From positions 1-56,233 of the forward strand of contig CAKKPH010000085.1 of assembly GCA_919901585.1 (NCBI GenBank): 56,233 bases of DNA, in the 5' to 3' direction. The translations under genes were made by a program, and so were the position numbers. Positions 29,144 through 38,389 of the stretch are shown here, piece by piece; position 1 is the stretch's first letter; each line of letters begins with the position of its first letter. Below the pieces are notes generated by a model. That model was not told where the DNA came from. It searched no databases and worked only from the letters and a program-made list of their open reading frames with translations. The stretch is from Thermodesulfovibrionales bacterium (GTDB lineage: Bacteria; Nitrospirota; Thermodesulfovibrionia; Thermodesulfovibrionales; UBA9159).

Positions 29144-29811
29144 TCCTTGTTGTTGATGACGACACGGACATCCTGAAGGTCTTAAAGGCGAACCTTGAGC
29201 TCCACGGGTTCAGGGTCATGACATCCGACAGGTGGTCTGCTGCGGAAAAACTACTCTCAGAAAAGGTGCCTGACCTCATCATACTTGACCTTATGCTGCC
29301 TGACGGCAACGGGATAGACATATGCCGCACACTCCGTTCCAGGTTCCCGTCCATACCGGTCATAATGCTCACTGCAATGGACAAGGTTTCCGACAAGGTC
29401 ATAGGGCTCGAAAGCGGTGCTGACGATTATATTGTGAAGCCTTTTGAGACACTTGAGCTGATTGCGAGGATAAAGGTCTGTCTGAGAAGGACAATGCCGG
29501 CAACGTCAAACAAGTCGGTCATCGGAGGCCTCGCAGTGGATTACAGGACAAGGAGTGTTACTATTAAAGGCAAGGAAGTCACCCTCACACCAAAGGAATA
29601 TGAGCTGCTCTGCTTCTTCATTTCGAGGAGGGGTGAGGTCATAGACAGGAATATGCTGAGACAGCACCTCTGGAAGGACTCACAGATTTATTCATGGAGC
29701 AGGGTGATAGATGTGCATATACAGCACCTGAGGCAGAAGATCGAGAAAGACCCTGCAGACCCGGAGTACATACTCACTGTGCCGGGTGCAGGATACCGGT
29801 TCAGAGAGTGA
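29131..29811 (+). CDS. OmpR/PhoB-family response regulator
   Basis: 226 aa with a receiver domain (VVDDD, DLMLPDG) and a winged-helix domain (LTPKEYELLCFF, TVPGAGYRF). The GTG start overlaps the kinase gene. Confidence 0.92.
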   Translation: MQNLILVVDDDTDILKVLKANLELHGFRVMTSDRWSAAEKLLSEKVPDLIILDLMLPDGNGIDICRTLRSRFPSIPVIMLTAMDKVSDKVIGLESGADDYIVKPFETLELIARIKVCLRRTMPATSNKSVIGGLAVDYRTRSVTIKGKEVTLTPKEYELLCFFISRRGEVIDRNMLRQHLWKDSQIYSWSRVIDVHIQHLRQKIEKDPADPEYILTVPGAGYRFRE

Positions 29812-29851
29812 TTGAATCGAGGCAAAAAGACAGATACATAAAGAATGGCGG

Positions 29852-31087
29852 TTATCCCAGCAACAGATACTCAATCACAGCAGCGACAAAGAGTATCCCG
29901 CAAGACGGCAGGGTTTTCTTATAAATCCCCCACATATCTGCCCTGAAATACTCCCTCGTAAGCACCAGACAGAGGTGAACCGGTGAGAGCAACACGCCTA
30001 TATAACCTGCAGCAAAAGCAAATAACATCTGATTAAGGTGCACCCCGGCAAGGCTGATTAAGAGAGGGAAGGTGCTTCCGACAAACCCGACTGTAAGGCC
30101 AGTGAGCAACCCTGTAATAAAAGGCAAAACAAAGAGCACTGAGATAACCGGGATGCCGCTCTCTGAAAAATATCGGTTAAGCTGTGTTACAGCCCCTGAA
30201 CCCTCCATCGCAAATTTAAACAGCATTACTCCGAAGATCATCACAATGACATTAAGGGCAAAACCATACCTGATGACCTTTATAACCTCCGCAACCCTGA
30301 GCCTGTAAAAGAGGACGATGGAAAAAACTGTCAGGCCGAGAGAATAGTGCAATTCAATATGAAAAACAATCACAAGCAAAAGAACCGCCGCAAGCGGGAA
30401 AAAACTCATCAGGTCGCTTGAATTGCGTTGTCCGGAATAATTATCATGACCGTTTTCTTTCGCTAACGGGACAGCCATCTCCGTCTTAGCAAATCTACCC
30501 TTAATATTTCTCATGCTGAATAAAAAGCCTGTCAACACTATCAGCAGCGCATAAGGCATATTTGCGAGAATAAATCCCCTGAGTTCAATCCCTGTAAGGG
30601 CAGATGCAAGCAGAACGCCCGGGTAAAGAGGCAGTATCAGCTCCCACGGGTGTCTGAACCAGTAATTAATAAAGCCTTTTTCCTCAGGCGGCATGTTCAA
30701 ATCTTTTGTAGTCTCATCAACCATAGGCGCTGAGAAATATGCTCCGCCGAGTGAAGGGAGCAGTCCTATAAGCATCGGCATAGAGACAATAACAGCCCTC
30801 TTCTCCTTAAGAAGATGCCTCGAGGCATCTGTCATCCTTGCAAGCACCTGTTTTTCACGCAATATAATCTCGAACATCCTTATCAGGGTGAGCGCAAAGA
30901 AGAGTTTTATAGTAACGGCATCAGTGATTGTTGTTTTAATCGTCGTAACTATTTTAGGAGCGGGCACGAGATATAGCAAAAAGAGCATGCACGAGGCTAT
31001 AACCAAGACGTAACCGATATCCCATTTTAGCCGCAGGAATACGAGTATGACGACAAAAACAATTGCTATCTTGAAAATATCCACCAT
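29852..31087 (-). CDS. Polytopic inner-membrane protein, possibly a DUF401-family transporter-like protein
   Basis: 411 aa with at least 10 predicted TM helices. The family assignment comes from general resemblance only. Confidence 0.4.
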   Translation of the reverse strand: MVDIFKIAIVFVVILVFLRLKWDIGYVLVIASCMLFLLYLVPAPKIVTTIKTTITDAVTIKLFFALTLIRMFEIILREKQVLARMTDASRHLLKEKRAVIVSMPMLIGLLPSLGGAYFSAPMVDETTKDLNMPPEEKGFINYWFRHPWELILPLYPGVLLASALTGIELRGFILANMPYALLIVLTGFLFSMRNIKGRFAKTEMAVPLAKENGHDNYSGQRNSSDLMSFFPLAAVLLLVIVFHIELHYSLGLTVFSIVLFYRLRVAEVIKVIRYGFALNVIVMIFGVMLFKFAMEGSGAVTQLNRYFSESGIPVISVLFVLPFITGLLTGLTVGFVGSTFPLLISLAGVHLNQMLFAFAAGYIGVLLSPVHLCLVLTREYFRADMWGIYKKTLPSCGILFVAAVIEYLLLG

Positions 31088-31255
31088 AGTGGATTATAAC
31101 CCAATTAACTATCTTACGGACAGTTTGTCTGCTCGCTACAAAGCAGGAAGATTTGCTTGACATTTCCCTTGATTAATATAAAATTAGACTCGAAGGTTGG
31201 TTTTTTCCCTTATTGAAGCAGTAATGGCTTTTTTATTAACCCGTAGAAGGGCAGC

Positions 31256-32548
31256 ATGATAAAACTTAAAGACGTTTCCCAGCCATATTTTATATTATGG
31301 GGTTCTCTATTACTTTCTCTCGCCATAAGCCTCACAGATTCAATATCGACAGCGCATGCCGAAGAATATCCTGCATATTTTTCATCACGTACATATCTGG
31401 GGTTTTACGAAGATATGTACGGCAACCGATATGCTCCTCTCTATGAATACTTTGAAGTTGAATACAATAGGCCCTCAAACGGAATGAAGTTTTATTCTGC
31501 AGGATGGCTTAAGTATGATTTCAGGACATCCGGCGAAAAAAGGACAAACTCTGACCTTGGCCTTGCATATGTTACCTACTCTCCTCCGTCTGATTCAAAC
31601 CTTGTCTTCAACGCAGGAAGGCATTATGTATTTGAAGGCGTCGCCTCGGAACAGATTGACGGCGTTAGCGCAAGATGGGATTTTGCCCGGAACACCGGTC
31701 TTTCACTTTACGGCGGGATACCTGTAGAGACAGATAAGGACGGCAGAGACTCCGACACGATTTACGGATGCAGGCTGTTTGGGAGGATATCAGGCAAGGC
31801 AGAAGCAGGTGTATCATTTCTCAGGGAGGATAATGCAGGAATACGGTACCGCGAGGAGATAGGATTAGACCTATGGGCGATTCCATTCCGGGGAATTGAA
31901 ATACAGGGCATTTCTTCCTACAATGCCATTACAGGAGGTTTCATTGAGCATTCCTACAGCGCAAAAGCTGCCGTATCGAGAAAGATAACCTTAAGAGGCT
32001 TTTTTGTTCATTCGAATTACAGAGACGCATTTTCTTCAGCAACCTTGAGTGTCTTTTCACCGGACAATATTGGGATTAACGGTAAAATGACAAAGTCAGG
32101 GATCTCTGCAGAATACCTTATCTCAGAAGGTATTGCTACAACATTGAATTATACAGGCTATACTTACCAAACTTCAGGTGATGCCCGGCATTACGGCGCA
32201 AGGCTCCACTACAAAGGAACAGACATACATGCCGGTGGCGCATTCAACCGCATGGAAGGAGACACTGCAAGGCTGAGATATACTGAAATGCGTCTATATA
32301 CGGTCAAGCGGCTTGACAAACACAATTTCTCGCTTGATTTCATCACCCTTCGCTATGACAGACCATACAACAATATGAACATCGCTTATAATTTAAACGG
32401 AACTGCAGAGTATGTTATAAACAACAATTTATCTGCATCTCTGAGCATTGACAAGGGCAGGGACCCTGATTATAATCACTTTACAAAGGTGATGCTTTCG
32501 CTTGCCTATACTTTTAAAGGCGCACTTTCGGTTCAGGCAGGCTATTAA
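31256..32548 (+). CDS. Predicted outer-membrane beta-barrel (porin-like) protein, no haem motif
   Basis: Sec signal peptide (cleavage about AHA|EE). It has a long run of alternating hydrophobic/aromatic beta-strand patterns, many Tyr/Gly/Asn turns, and a C-proximal ...LSLAYTF strand. Confidence 0.55.
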   Translation: MIKLKDVSQPYFILWGSLLLSLAISLTDSISTAHAEEYPAYFSSRTYLGFYEDMYGNRYAPLYEYFEVEYNRPSNGMKFYSAGWLKYDFRTSGEKRTNSDLGLAYVTYSPPSDSNLVFNAGRHYVFEGVASEQIDGVSARWDFARNTGLSLYGGIPVETDKDGRDSDTIYGCRLFGRISGKAEAGVSFLREDNAGIRYREEIGLDLWAIPFRGIEIQGISSYNAITGGFIEHSYSAKAAVSRKITLRGFFVHSNYRDAFSSATLSVFSPDNIGINGKMTKSGISAEYLISEGIATTLNYTGYTYQTSGDARHYGARLHYKGTDIHAGGAFNRMEGDTARLRYTEMRLYTVKRLDKHNFSLDFITLRYDRPYNNMNIAYNLNGTAEYVINNNLSASLSIDKGRDPDYNHFTKVMLSLAYTFKGALSVQAGY

Positions 32549-32560
32549 TGAGGAGTTGCG

Positions 32561-33040
32561 ATGAGGTATGATGAATTTAGATATTTAGGAATTTTCCTCA
32601 CAGCTCTCATGGCGCTGAACCATATCTATGCGCTGCCTGCTTTATCAGAGGAAAAAAGAGTTTCTCCCAATAGCCACCACTTTGACCTTATCGAAAAACC
32701 TCTATGCACAGAGTGCCACATGAGCGATGACAGCGCAGATCTGAAGCCCATCTCCTCATTTAACCACAGCAGTGATTTCATCAGCAGCCACAGGTTCTAT
32801 GCAATGCAGCGTTCACAGATATGCACAGTATGCCACAGGGCATCTTTCTGCTCAGACTGCCATACCAACAAATCAGGGCTGAAACCTTCAGACAGGTATC
32901 AGGGCTCCCCTGAACGGTGGCTGCCACACAGGGGAAATTATCTCTTCCAACACAGGATAGACGGCAGCATTGACCCAACAAGCTGCTTCAGGTGTCACGG
33001 AAGACGGAACAACAAGCTATGCGTAAAATGCCACAAATAA
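32561..33040 (+). CDS. Small periplasmic multihaem cytochrome c (5 CxxCH motifs)
   Basis: 159 aa with a signal-like N-terminus. The motifs are CTECH, CTVCH, CSDCH, CFRCH and CVKCH. Confidence 0.8.
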   Translation: MRYDEFRYLGIFLTALMALNHIYALPALSEEKRVSPNSHHFDLIEKPLCTECHMSDDSADLKPISSFNHSSDFISSHRFYAMQRSQICTVCHRASFCSDCHTNKSGLKPSDRYQGSPERWLPHRGNYLFQHRIDGSIDPTSCFRCHGRRNNKLCVKCHK

Positions 33041-33762
33041 GAACCCCCTTTCCTTTACAACATGCATGCTTATGCATCAGGCTTGCCCTCTGTATGTTCT
33101 GCAGTCTAAACATTGCCTTTTTCCTGTGCGCATGCGGCACCAGTTCAGAGTCCGGCGTTTATGACATCAATAAAGGGCATAAATCAGCATGGGCTAATCC
33201 TGAATATATAGGCAAAGACGGATTTCATGGTTCACATGTCAGAGTCGTTGATGGCGAACCGCTGGGGACTGCGCTGTTTTTAAGGAGGTGCGCCGGCTGC
33301 CACGGGAACGAAGGTTCCGGAAAGATCGGCCCTGACATCCGGGGCAGTACTGCCACTCAGATCCGGTATTGCCTTGAGTCTGTCACTTATATGAAATGGC
33401 TTCGGATTATGCGCGATGAAGACCTTCAGGCAATCTCTGATTATCTTGCGAGTTCGCAACCTGCCGGCACGGTGAGCAGGCCTTCCGCTGTAAGCGCTGA
33501 TTCCTGCACTGAGTGCCACGGCACAGACTTAAAAGGAGGTATTTCTAAAATAAGTTGTTATTCGTGCCATAGCGGTCCGGACGGAACAGTAGGACACCCG
33601 GATGGATGGCTTTCACAAAATAGCAACCTTTCGAACTATCACGGCAGATATGCAAAGGACTATGCAACAGCATGTACTGCATGTCATGGCCCTGACCTTA
33701 GAGGTCCGGCTTTGCCAAGCTGCTATAACTGCCATGACGGCAGCGAATGGGCCCCCTTTTAA
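33019..33762 (+). CDS. Lipoprotein multihaem cytochrome c (class I cytochrome c domain plus two doubled-CxxCH units; 5 CxxCH)
   Basis: Lipobox-like FFLCAC. CAGCHGNEGSGKIGPDIRG is a class I domain. CTECHGTDLKGGISKISCYSCH and CTACHGPDLRGPALPSCYNCH are paired CxxCH units. The start codon is uncertain (32992, 33019 or 33028). Confidence 0.75.
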   Translation: MRKMPQIRTPFPLQHACLCIRLALCMFCSLNIAFFLCACGTSSESGVYDINKGHKSAWANPEYIGKDGFHGSHVRVVDGEPLGTALFLRRCAGCHGNEGSGKIGPDIRGSTATQIRYCLESVTYMKWLRIMRDEDLQAISDYLASSQPAGTVSRPSAVSADSCTECHGTDLKGGISKISCYSCHSGPDGTVGHPDGWLSQNSNLSNYHGRYAKDYATACTACHGPDLRGPALPSCYNCHDGSEWAPF

Positions 33763-33814
33763 TGGGGATGGCAAAGGAACAGAGTCCATTATGTAACCGA
33801 AAAGGAGGTTTACA

Positions 33815-34591
33815 ATGATTAAGAAAGTATCATTTTTGTCACCTGCATTACTTTCCCTTTTTTTGCTTGCCGCTGCCTCTAATGCTGCGGACTATCAAAT
33901 CAACATATGGGACAACTTCTTTGACCCGCAGACCATCACTATAAATGCCGGCGACACGGTAACATGGCAGAACTATGGGAACTTCATCCACACTGCAACG
34001 AGCGGCACAAACTGCAATTCCGACGGGAAATTCAATAGCGGCAATCTCTCAAAAAACCAGGCATATACTGTCCAGTTCAACGAGGCAGGGACTTACACTT
34101 ATTTCTGCATACCCCATTGCATGGCAGGCATGACAGGCACAATTACTGTAAATCCATCCACCCTCCCGCTGCCAAGCAGCCAGCAGAGCTTCAGTTATGC
34201 GCCTATATCATCCGCTGTGCTTAACCCGGACCCTTCTCAGGCAAAACCTATCGGCGTAGGTGATATCGCTACCGGAGGCGTTAACCTGGAGTTGGCTGTA
34301 AGCACAACTACATTCTCCGGCCCGGCAGACGTCTATTTTGCAATCGCAGCCCCTGCAATTGATTCCGACATCTACCTGCTTGATAAGAATTATGTCCTGC
34401 AGAAGCTCTCAGCGGCCGGCCTTGTACCATGGAAAGAGGATGTAACTGTGGTGAATGAACAGCTTTTCGGGAAGATAAACGTAACAACATCGGGCTTGCC
34501 GAAAACAACATACTACCTTTATCTTGCGGTAACTCCGGCAAACAGCTTTGGAACATATTATCTCTGGACGACCTATTTCATAGTACAATAG
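33815..34591 (+). CDS. Secreted type-1 copper (cupredoxin, plastocyanin/amicyanin-like) protein with an uncharacterised ~150-aa C-terminal domain
   Basis: Signal peptide, then the cupredoxin pattern ITINAGDTVTWQN...FIHTATSG. The ligand loop YFCIPHCMAGM matches C-x2-H-x4-M. Confidence 0.8.
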   Translation: MIKKVSFLSPALLSLFLLAAASNAADYQINIWDNFFDPQTITINAGDTVTWQNYGNFIHTATSGTNCNSDGKFNSGNLSKNQAYTVQFNEAGTYTYFCIPHCMAGMTGTITVNPSTLPLPSSQQSFSYAPISSAVLNPDPSQAKPIGVGDIATGGVNLELAVSTTTFSGPADVYFAIAAPAIDSDIYLLDKNYVLQKLSAAGLVPWKEDVTVVNEQLFGKINVTTSGLPKTTYYLYLAVTPANSFGTYYLWTTYFIVQ

Positions 34592-34646
34592 GCGTGAATG
34601 GACTCCTCTGCGGGAATGACACCTGACTTATGTACTTTTTAGTATA

Positions 34647-35057
34647 TCACTTTTTTACATTTCTGAATGTAAAAACTACCTGGTCCTCTTGCTTGTTCTT
34701 AGCTATTTTAACTATAAGGTCCCACTCGCCTTCCATTGTAAAATATACGTCCTCTATTGTATAAACACCATCCCCTTTTTCTTTTATCTTTGTCTTTTTG
34801 GAAGAGCCATGGCTGTGCACAGTCATCCATGGAGTTACTTCAATGAGCGCTCCTTCAACTTTTACCTTTGAATCACGTTCAAAAACTTTCAGTATAGCAG
34901 TATTGTTAATCCCCATTTGTGGAGGGTCAGGTTTCACCTGAAGTTGAACTACGAAGGTTCCGTTAAGTGATTTCTGTTCTATAACGTCTGCCGCACTGTC
35001 TTGACTAAAGCTGAATATCCATAAAAATATAACAAATACTGCCGTCTTAAGTATCAT
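34647..35057 (-). CDS. YtkA/FixH-like secreted small protein (possible metal-handling Ig-like domain)
   Basis: 136 aa with a signal peptide and the pattern ...VQLQVKPDPPQMGINNTAILKVF...IEVTPWMTVHSHGSS...GDGVYTIEDVYFTMEGEWDLIV, typical of YtkA-like domains. It has a Met/His cluster WMTVHSH. Confidence 0.6.
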   Translation of the reverse strand: MILKTAVFVIFLWIFSFSQDSAADVIEQKSLNGTFVVQLQVKPDPPQMGINNTAILKVFERDSKVKVEGALIEVTPWMTVHSHGSSKKTKIKEKGDGVYTIEDVYFTMEGEWDLIVKIAKNKQEDQVVFTFRNVKK

Positions 35058-35081
35058 GACATCCTCCTTTTTTATAACACC

Positions 35082-35693
35082 TTAATGTGGCGGCATCGGT
35101 ATCCATACCGGAATGATATTATTTACAAACGTAAATTTTTTTGCCAGTTCCCTGTCGTCAGCAAAATAGGGTTTCAGATAGATATAAAAGTCTTCATTCT
35201 TTTCTGCTATGTCTTCCTTGGAAATGGCATCTGAAGCTACATAGGCAACACTGTTTACTCTCAGATGCATATACCCTGGAAACACCTGCTCAAAATTCTT
35301 GAAAGGCACCTCTATCAGTTTTTCAACGGCGAGCGGTTTCTCCAGCTTGATTACGCTGGTCTCTCCTGTCTTATTTGCCAGATCATGAAGGGGAACTTCC
35401 TTCCATAATGTCCCTACCTGAACAAAACACCTGATCGAAGGCGTCATGAGGTAAAGATCATCCGTTGGAAATGGGTTGTCATAGTTGAGTTTTAACCTGT
35501 ACCGGTCTCCTGCATATGTGATGTCCTTGATATCAGATTTCAGTGAATACCACGCGAGTCTTTCCAGTTTTTTCTTGAGGGCAGCTCTTTCCTCTAAAAA
35601 CTTATTCTGCCGGTGGCCTATGAAGTAATCTATCGCCAGGGCAGAAAGCAAGATCAAGAGTACAGTAATTATAATCTTATATCTTTTTTCCAT
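35082..35693 (-). CDS. Uncharacterised N-terminally membrane-anchored protein (paralogue A)
   Basis: 203 aa with one N-terminal TM helix. It shares blocks with the next gene (LEERAALKKKLERLAWY, FVQVGTLWKEVPL, GYMHLRVNSVAYVASDAI). I recognise no family. Confidence 0.6.
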   Translation of the reverse strand: MEKRYKIIITVLLILLSALAIDYFIGHRQNKFLEERAALKKKLERLAWYSLKSDIKDITYAGDRYRLKLNYDNPFPTDDLYLMTPSIRCFVQVGTLWKEVPLHDLANKTGETSVIKLEKPLAVEKLIEVPFKNFEQVFPGYMHLRVNSVAYVASDAISKEDIAEKNEDFYIYLKPYFADDRELAKKFTFVNNIIPVWIPMPPH

Positions 35694-35746
35694 CCTATTT
35701 TATAAGTCCAGTACTTGTGTTGTACGTCAAACTCATGTTACTCCGC

Positions 35747-36346
35747 CTATCGCAACAGGGTTTTCACCCTACCTTTCTTCTTATCATCTCTAATGTAAAT
35801 GAACATTTCTTCATCTTTCTCAATTATATCTTCCCGGACTATAGCCTCTGCAGCTACATAAGAAATACTCTTAACCTTGACATGCATGTATCCTGACATG
35901 AGTTCTTCATAATTTTTATGGGGTATAGTAAATTTTACTGCTAAGGTGTACGGGGCATCAAGCCTCTCCACCGGATACTCCCCCCGTTTCTCCCTTGTGT
36001 CAATTACAGGGACCTCCCTCCATAGAGTGCCGACCTGTACAAAGACCTTCACTGCGAATATCATTATCCACATTTCCTCTTCAGGACGGATATTTTCGTA
36101 TATAAGCTTCATCGCATACTTTCTATCTTTTGGGTTATATGAGATTTCACCTATATTGGTTCTCTCAAGGTAATACGCAAGACGCTCAACTTTTTTCTTA
36201 TGAGCCATCCTTTCTTCGAGCAGTCTATTCTGCCTGTACTCCACTACAAAATCCACAATGAGTAATATTAATATCAGGAAGATGATACCAGTTAATAAAC
36301 GGTATGCGGTATTTTCTCTTTTCACATTCCTTCTCTGTGGATCCAT
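35747..36346 (-). CDS. Uncharacterised N-terminally membrane-anchored protein (paralogue B)
   Basis: 199 aa with one TM helix. Its shared blocks are LEERMAHKKKVERLAYY, FVQVGTLWREVPV and GYMHVKVKSISYVAAEAI. Confidence 0.6.
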   Translation of the reverse strand: MDPQRRNVKRENTAYRLLTGIIFLILILLIVDFVVEYRQNRLLEERMAHKKKVERLAYYLERTNIGEISYNPKDRKYAMKLIYENIRPEEEMWIMIFAVKVFVQVGTLWREVPVIDTREKRGEYPVERLDAPYTLAVKFTIPHKNYEELMSGYMHVKVKSISYVAAEAIVREDIIEKDEEMFIYIRDDKKKGRVKTLLR

Positions 36347-36789
36347 CGGTCGGTACGTGGACTTATCCAGTAGTACTCATCGCCGCTCTTTGTGAAGACC
36401 TCTTTTCCGCTGTCAGCAGTAAATCGTAATCTATACGTTAATATCAGGGAAACATCACCTTCATATGTCCTGTAAAGCTGTGGCATATCAAGCGGCACCT
36501 TTGCAATAACGATCATTTTCCTCTGTGCCGTCGAATATAAAATTCCGGATAGGCTGTCGGTGATCCTGTCGCTCAATAAATCACGCCCTGTGTCTGTCTG
36601 GACATAAAACCTTTTTTCAAAACCCGTGACCATGATGTTTTGCTTTGAGTTGTTCATCATGATGATTTCTATCCTGTATTCATCGTTGCCTGAGTAAGAT
36701 ATATTACTGACCTCTATACCCATATAGTCGATCAGCAATCGCTTTTCAAAAGAAAAGGCATCATTTAGGGGAAAGAATAATACCAACAA
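36322..36789 (-). CDS. Uncharacterised protein (155 aa), beta-rich
   Basis: The ORF lies in an operon-like position between the ABC ATPase and paralogue B. The TTG start is uncertain and there is no clear signal peptide or recognisable family. Confidence 0.4.
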   Translation of the reverse strand: MLVLFFPLNDAFSFEKRLLIDYMGIEVSNISYSGNDEYRIEIIMMNNSKQNIMVTGFEKRFYVQTDTGRDLLSDRITDSLSGILYSTAQRKMIVIAKVPLDMPQLYRTYEGDVSLILTYRLRFTADSGKEVFTKSGDEYYWISPRTDRWIHREGM

Positions 36790-36841
36790 AACTGTACCTA
36801 TGTGACAGATATAAAAAATATCATTCCTCCAAAAAATGCCA

Positions 36842-37558
36842 TCAAACTTCGCAGATTACGAACTTATGGTTGTACGTATCTTCAATAACTTCACCGTCCC
36901 GAAGCCTTATCACACGCTTGGCATGGCTTGCCTTCTGGGGGTCATGAGTAACCATCACGATTGTCAGACCCTCACTGTTCAGGTTCGCAAAGAGGTCCAT
37001 GATTTCTTCTCCTGTCTTTGAATCGAGGTTTCCGGTAGGCTCATCTGCAAGGATTATGGCAGGGTCATTCATAAGGGCCCTTGCAATAGAAACCCTCTGA
37101 GCCTCTCCGCCGCTCAGTTGGTGGGGAAGATGTGTTGCCCTTTTTCCAAGCCCAACCTTTTCTAACATTTTGAGAGCATACTCTTTATCCTTTGCCTTCC
37201 CCTTAACAGGACGGAAGGCAAAAGGAAGCATCACATTTTCAATAGCTGTCAGTGAAGATAGCAGTCTCGCCTCTTGAAATATATATGCCACCTTTGAACG
37301 CCTGAGATTAAGGAGTGCCTTTTCCGACAGGTTGTCTATCCTTGTATTCCCGATATATACCTCCCCTTCTGTAGGGAAGTCTATGCCTCCCAGTATGTTA
37401 AGAAGCGTAGACTTGCCCGAGCCGCTTGGTCCCATCACAGCGATATACTCGCCGGTTTTGATCTCAAGGCTGACATTGTTCAGCGCTGCTACCGGTGATT
37501 CGCCGATCTTGTATTGCTTCGAAATATTTTTTAACAGTACGATGCCATCATTAACCAT
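36842..37558 (-). CDS. ABC transporter ATP-binding protein (MacB/LolD-like)
   Basis: 238 aa with Walker A GPSGSGKST, signature LSGGEAQRVSIARA and Walker B ILADEPTGNLD. Confidence 0.92.
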   Translation of the reverse strand: MVNDGIVLLKNISKQYKIGESPVAALNNVSLEIKTGEYIAVMGPSGSGKSTLLNILGGIDFPTEGEVYIGNTRIDNLSEKALLNLRRSKVAYIFQEARLLSSLTAIENVMLPFAFRPVKGKAKDKEYALKMLEKVGLGKRATHLPHQLSGGEAQRVSIARALMNDPAIILADEPTGNLDSKTGEEIMDLFANLNSEGLTIVMVTHDPQKASHAKRVIRLRDGEVIEDTYNHKFVICEV

Positions 37559-37567
37559 AACCCCTCC

Positions 37568-38350
37568 CTACAGAGACTTGAAGGCTTCCGCAACCCTTAT
37601 CTTTGACGCATAGATTGCAGGATAAATACTGGCTGCAATCGTGGTTACAGTACCGAGTATTATTGCCATAACAAAAAATGACGGATTAATCTTTATCGCT
37701 ATATCTTTGAAGAGTATCGGGCCGACGATATATGCCAGGCCGCTCCCGATAATAAAGCCAATGACTCCCCCGGTAATACCGATCAGGGCTGCCTCGTAAA
37801 GGAACAACCTGATAAGCTGGCCTTTTGATGCACCCATTGCCTTCAGGAGCCCTATGTCCCGCAAACGGCTGTGGATGGAACCGAGTATTATATTGAAGAC
37901 CCCAATACAACTGATTATTAGCGCCGCTACCACAAAGCTCAAGAGCAGTGTAGCTGTTTTCTGAAATATCTTTGATTGTGCAGTAGCTATCTCACTCTGT
38001 GATGTGGCCCTTACACCCAGTATCTTTTTATTTATCTCGATAGCAGCATCTCCTACAGGACATTTTGGACACATTGCCCTAACATTCATCATCGAGACCT
38101 TTCCCAGCTTCCCGAATACGGTCTGGCAGGCCTTAAGGTTCATGAAAACCATATAATCGTCAGGGGAGTCAGTCTCTCGTAAAATACCTGTAACCTTCAT
38201 TTTGCTCTGCGCTATATCAAGGACATCTCCCACCTTTGTGTCCGTTATGACAGCGAAAAGCTTCCCGGCCATTACCTCATCGTCATTTACCATGAATCTG
38301 CCCTCAGAAATTTCCCACCAGAACCTCGCCACCTGTTCTTTCTGCAGCAT
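37568..38350 (-). CDS. C-terminal part (periplasmic domain remainder plus FtsX module) of a MacB-like ABC permease interrupted by an in-frame TAG
   Basis: 260 aa with the FtsX TM bundle and DIGLLKAMGASKGQLI. It is in the same reading frame as 38390-38782, separated by one TAG plus 13 sense codons. Confidence 0.7.
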   Translation of the reverse strand: MLQKEQVARFWWEISEGRFMVNDDEVMAGKLFAVITDTKVGDVLDIAQSKMKVTGILRETDSPDDYMVFMNLKACQTVFGKLGKVSMMNVRAMCPKCPVGDAAIEINKKILGVRATSQSEIATAQSKIFQKTATLLLSFVVAALIISCIGVFNIILGSIHSRLRDIGLLKAMGASKGQLIRLFLYEAALIGITGGVIGFIIGSGLAYIVGPILFKDIAIKINPSFFVMAIILGTVTTIAASIYPAIYASKIRVAEAFKSL

Positions 38351-38389
38351 TACACCACCGACAATGACATCTCTACCCTTGACCGTAGT

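Noticed and set aside
36790-36841. Possible frameshifted signal peptide (ATG ATA TTT TTT ATA TCT GTC ACA TAG) for the 155-aa ORF
   Set aside because: The short ORF is in a different frame and ends in TAG, and its GGAGG lies only 1 nt from the ATG. There is no evidence for a frameshift. The N-terminus of the 155-aa protein stays uncertain.
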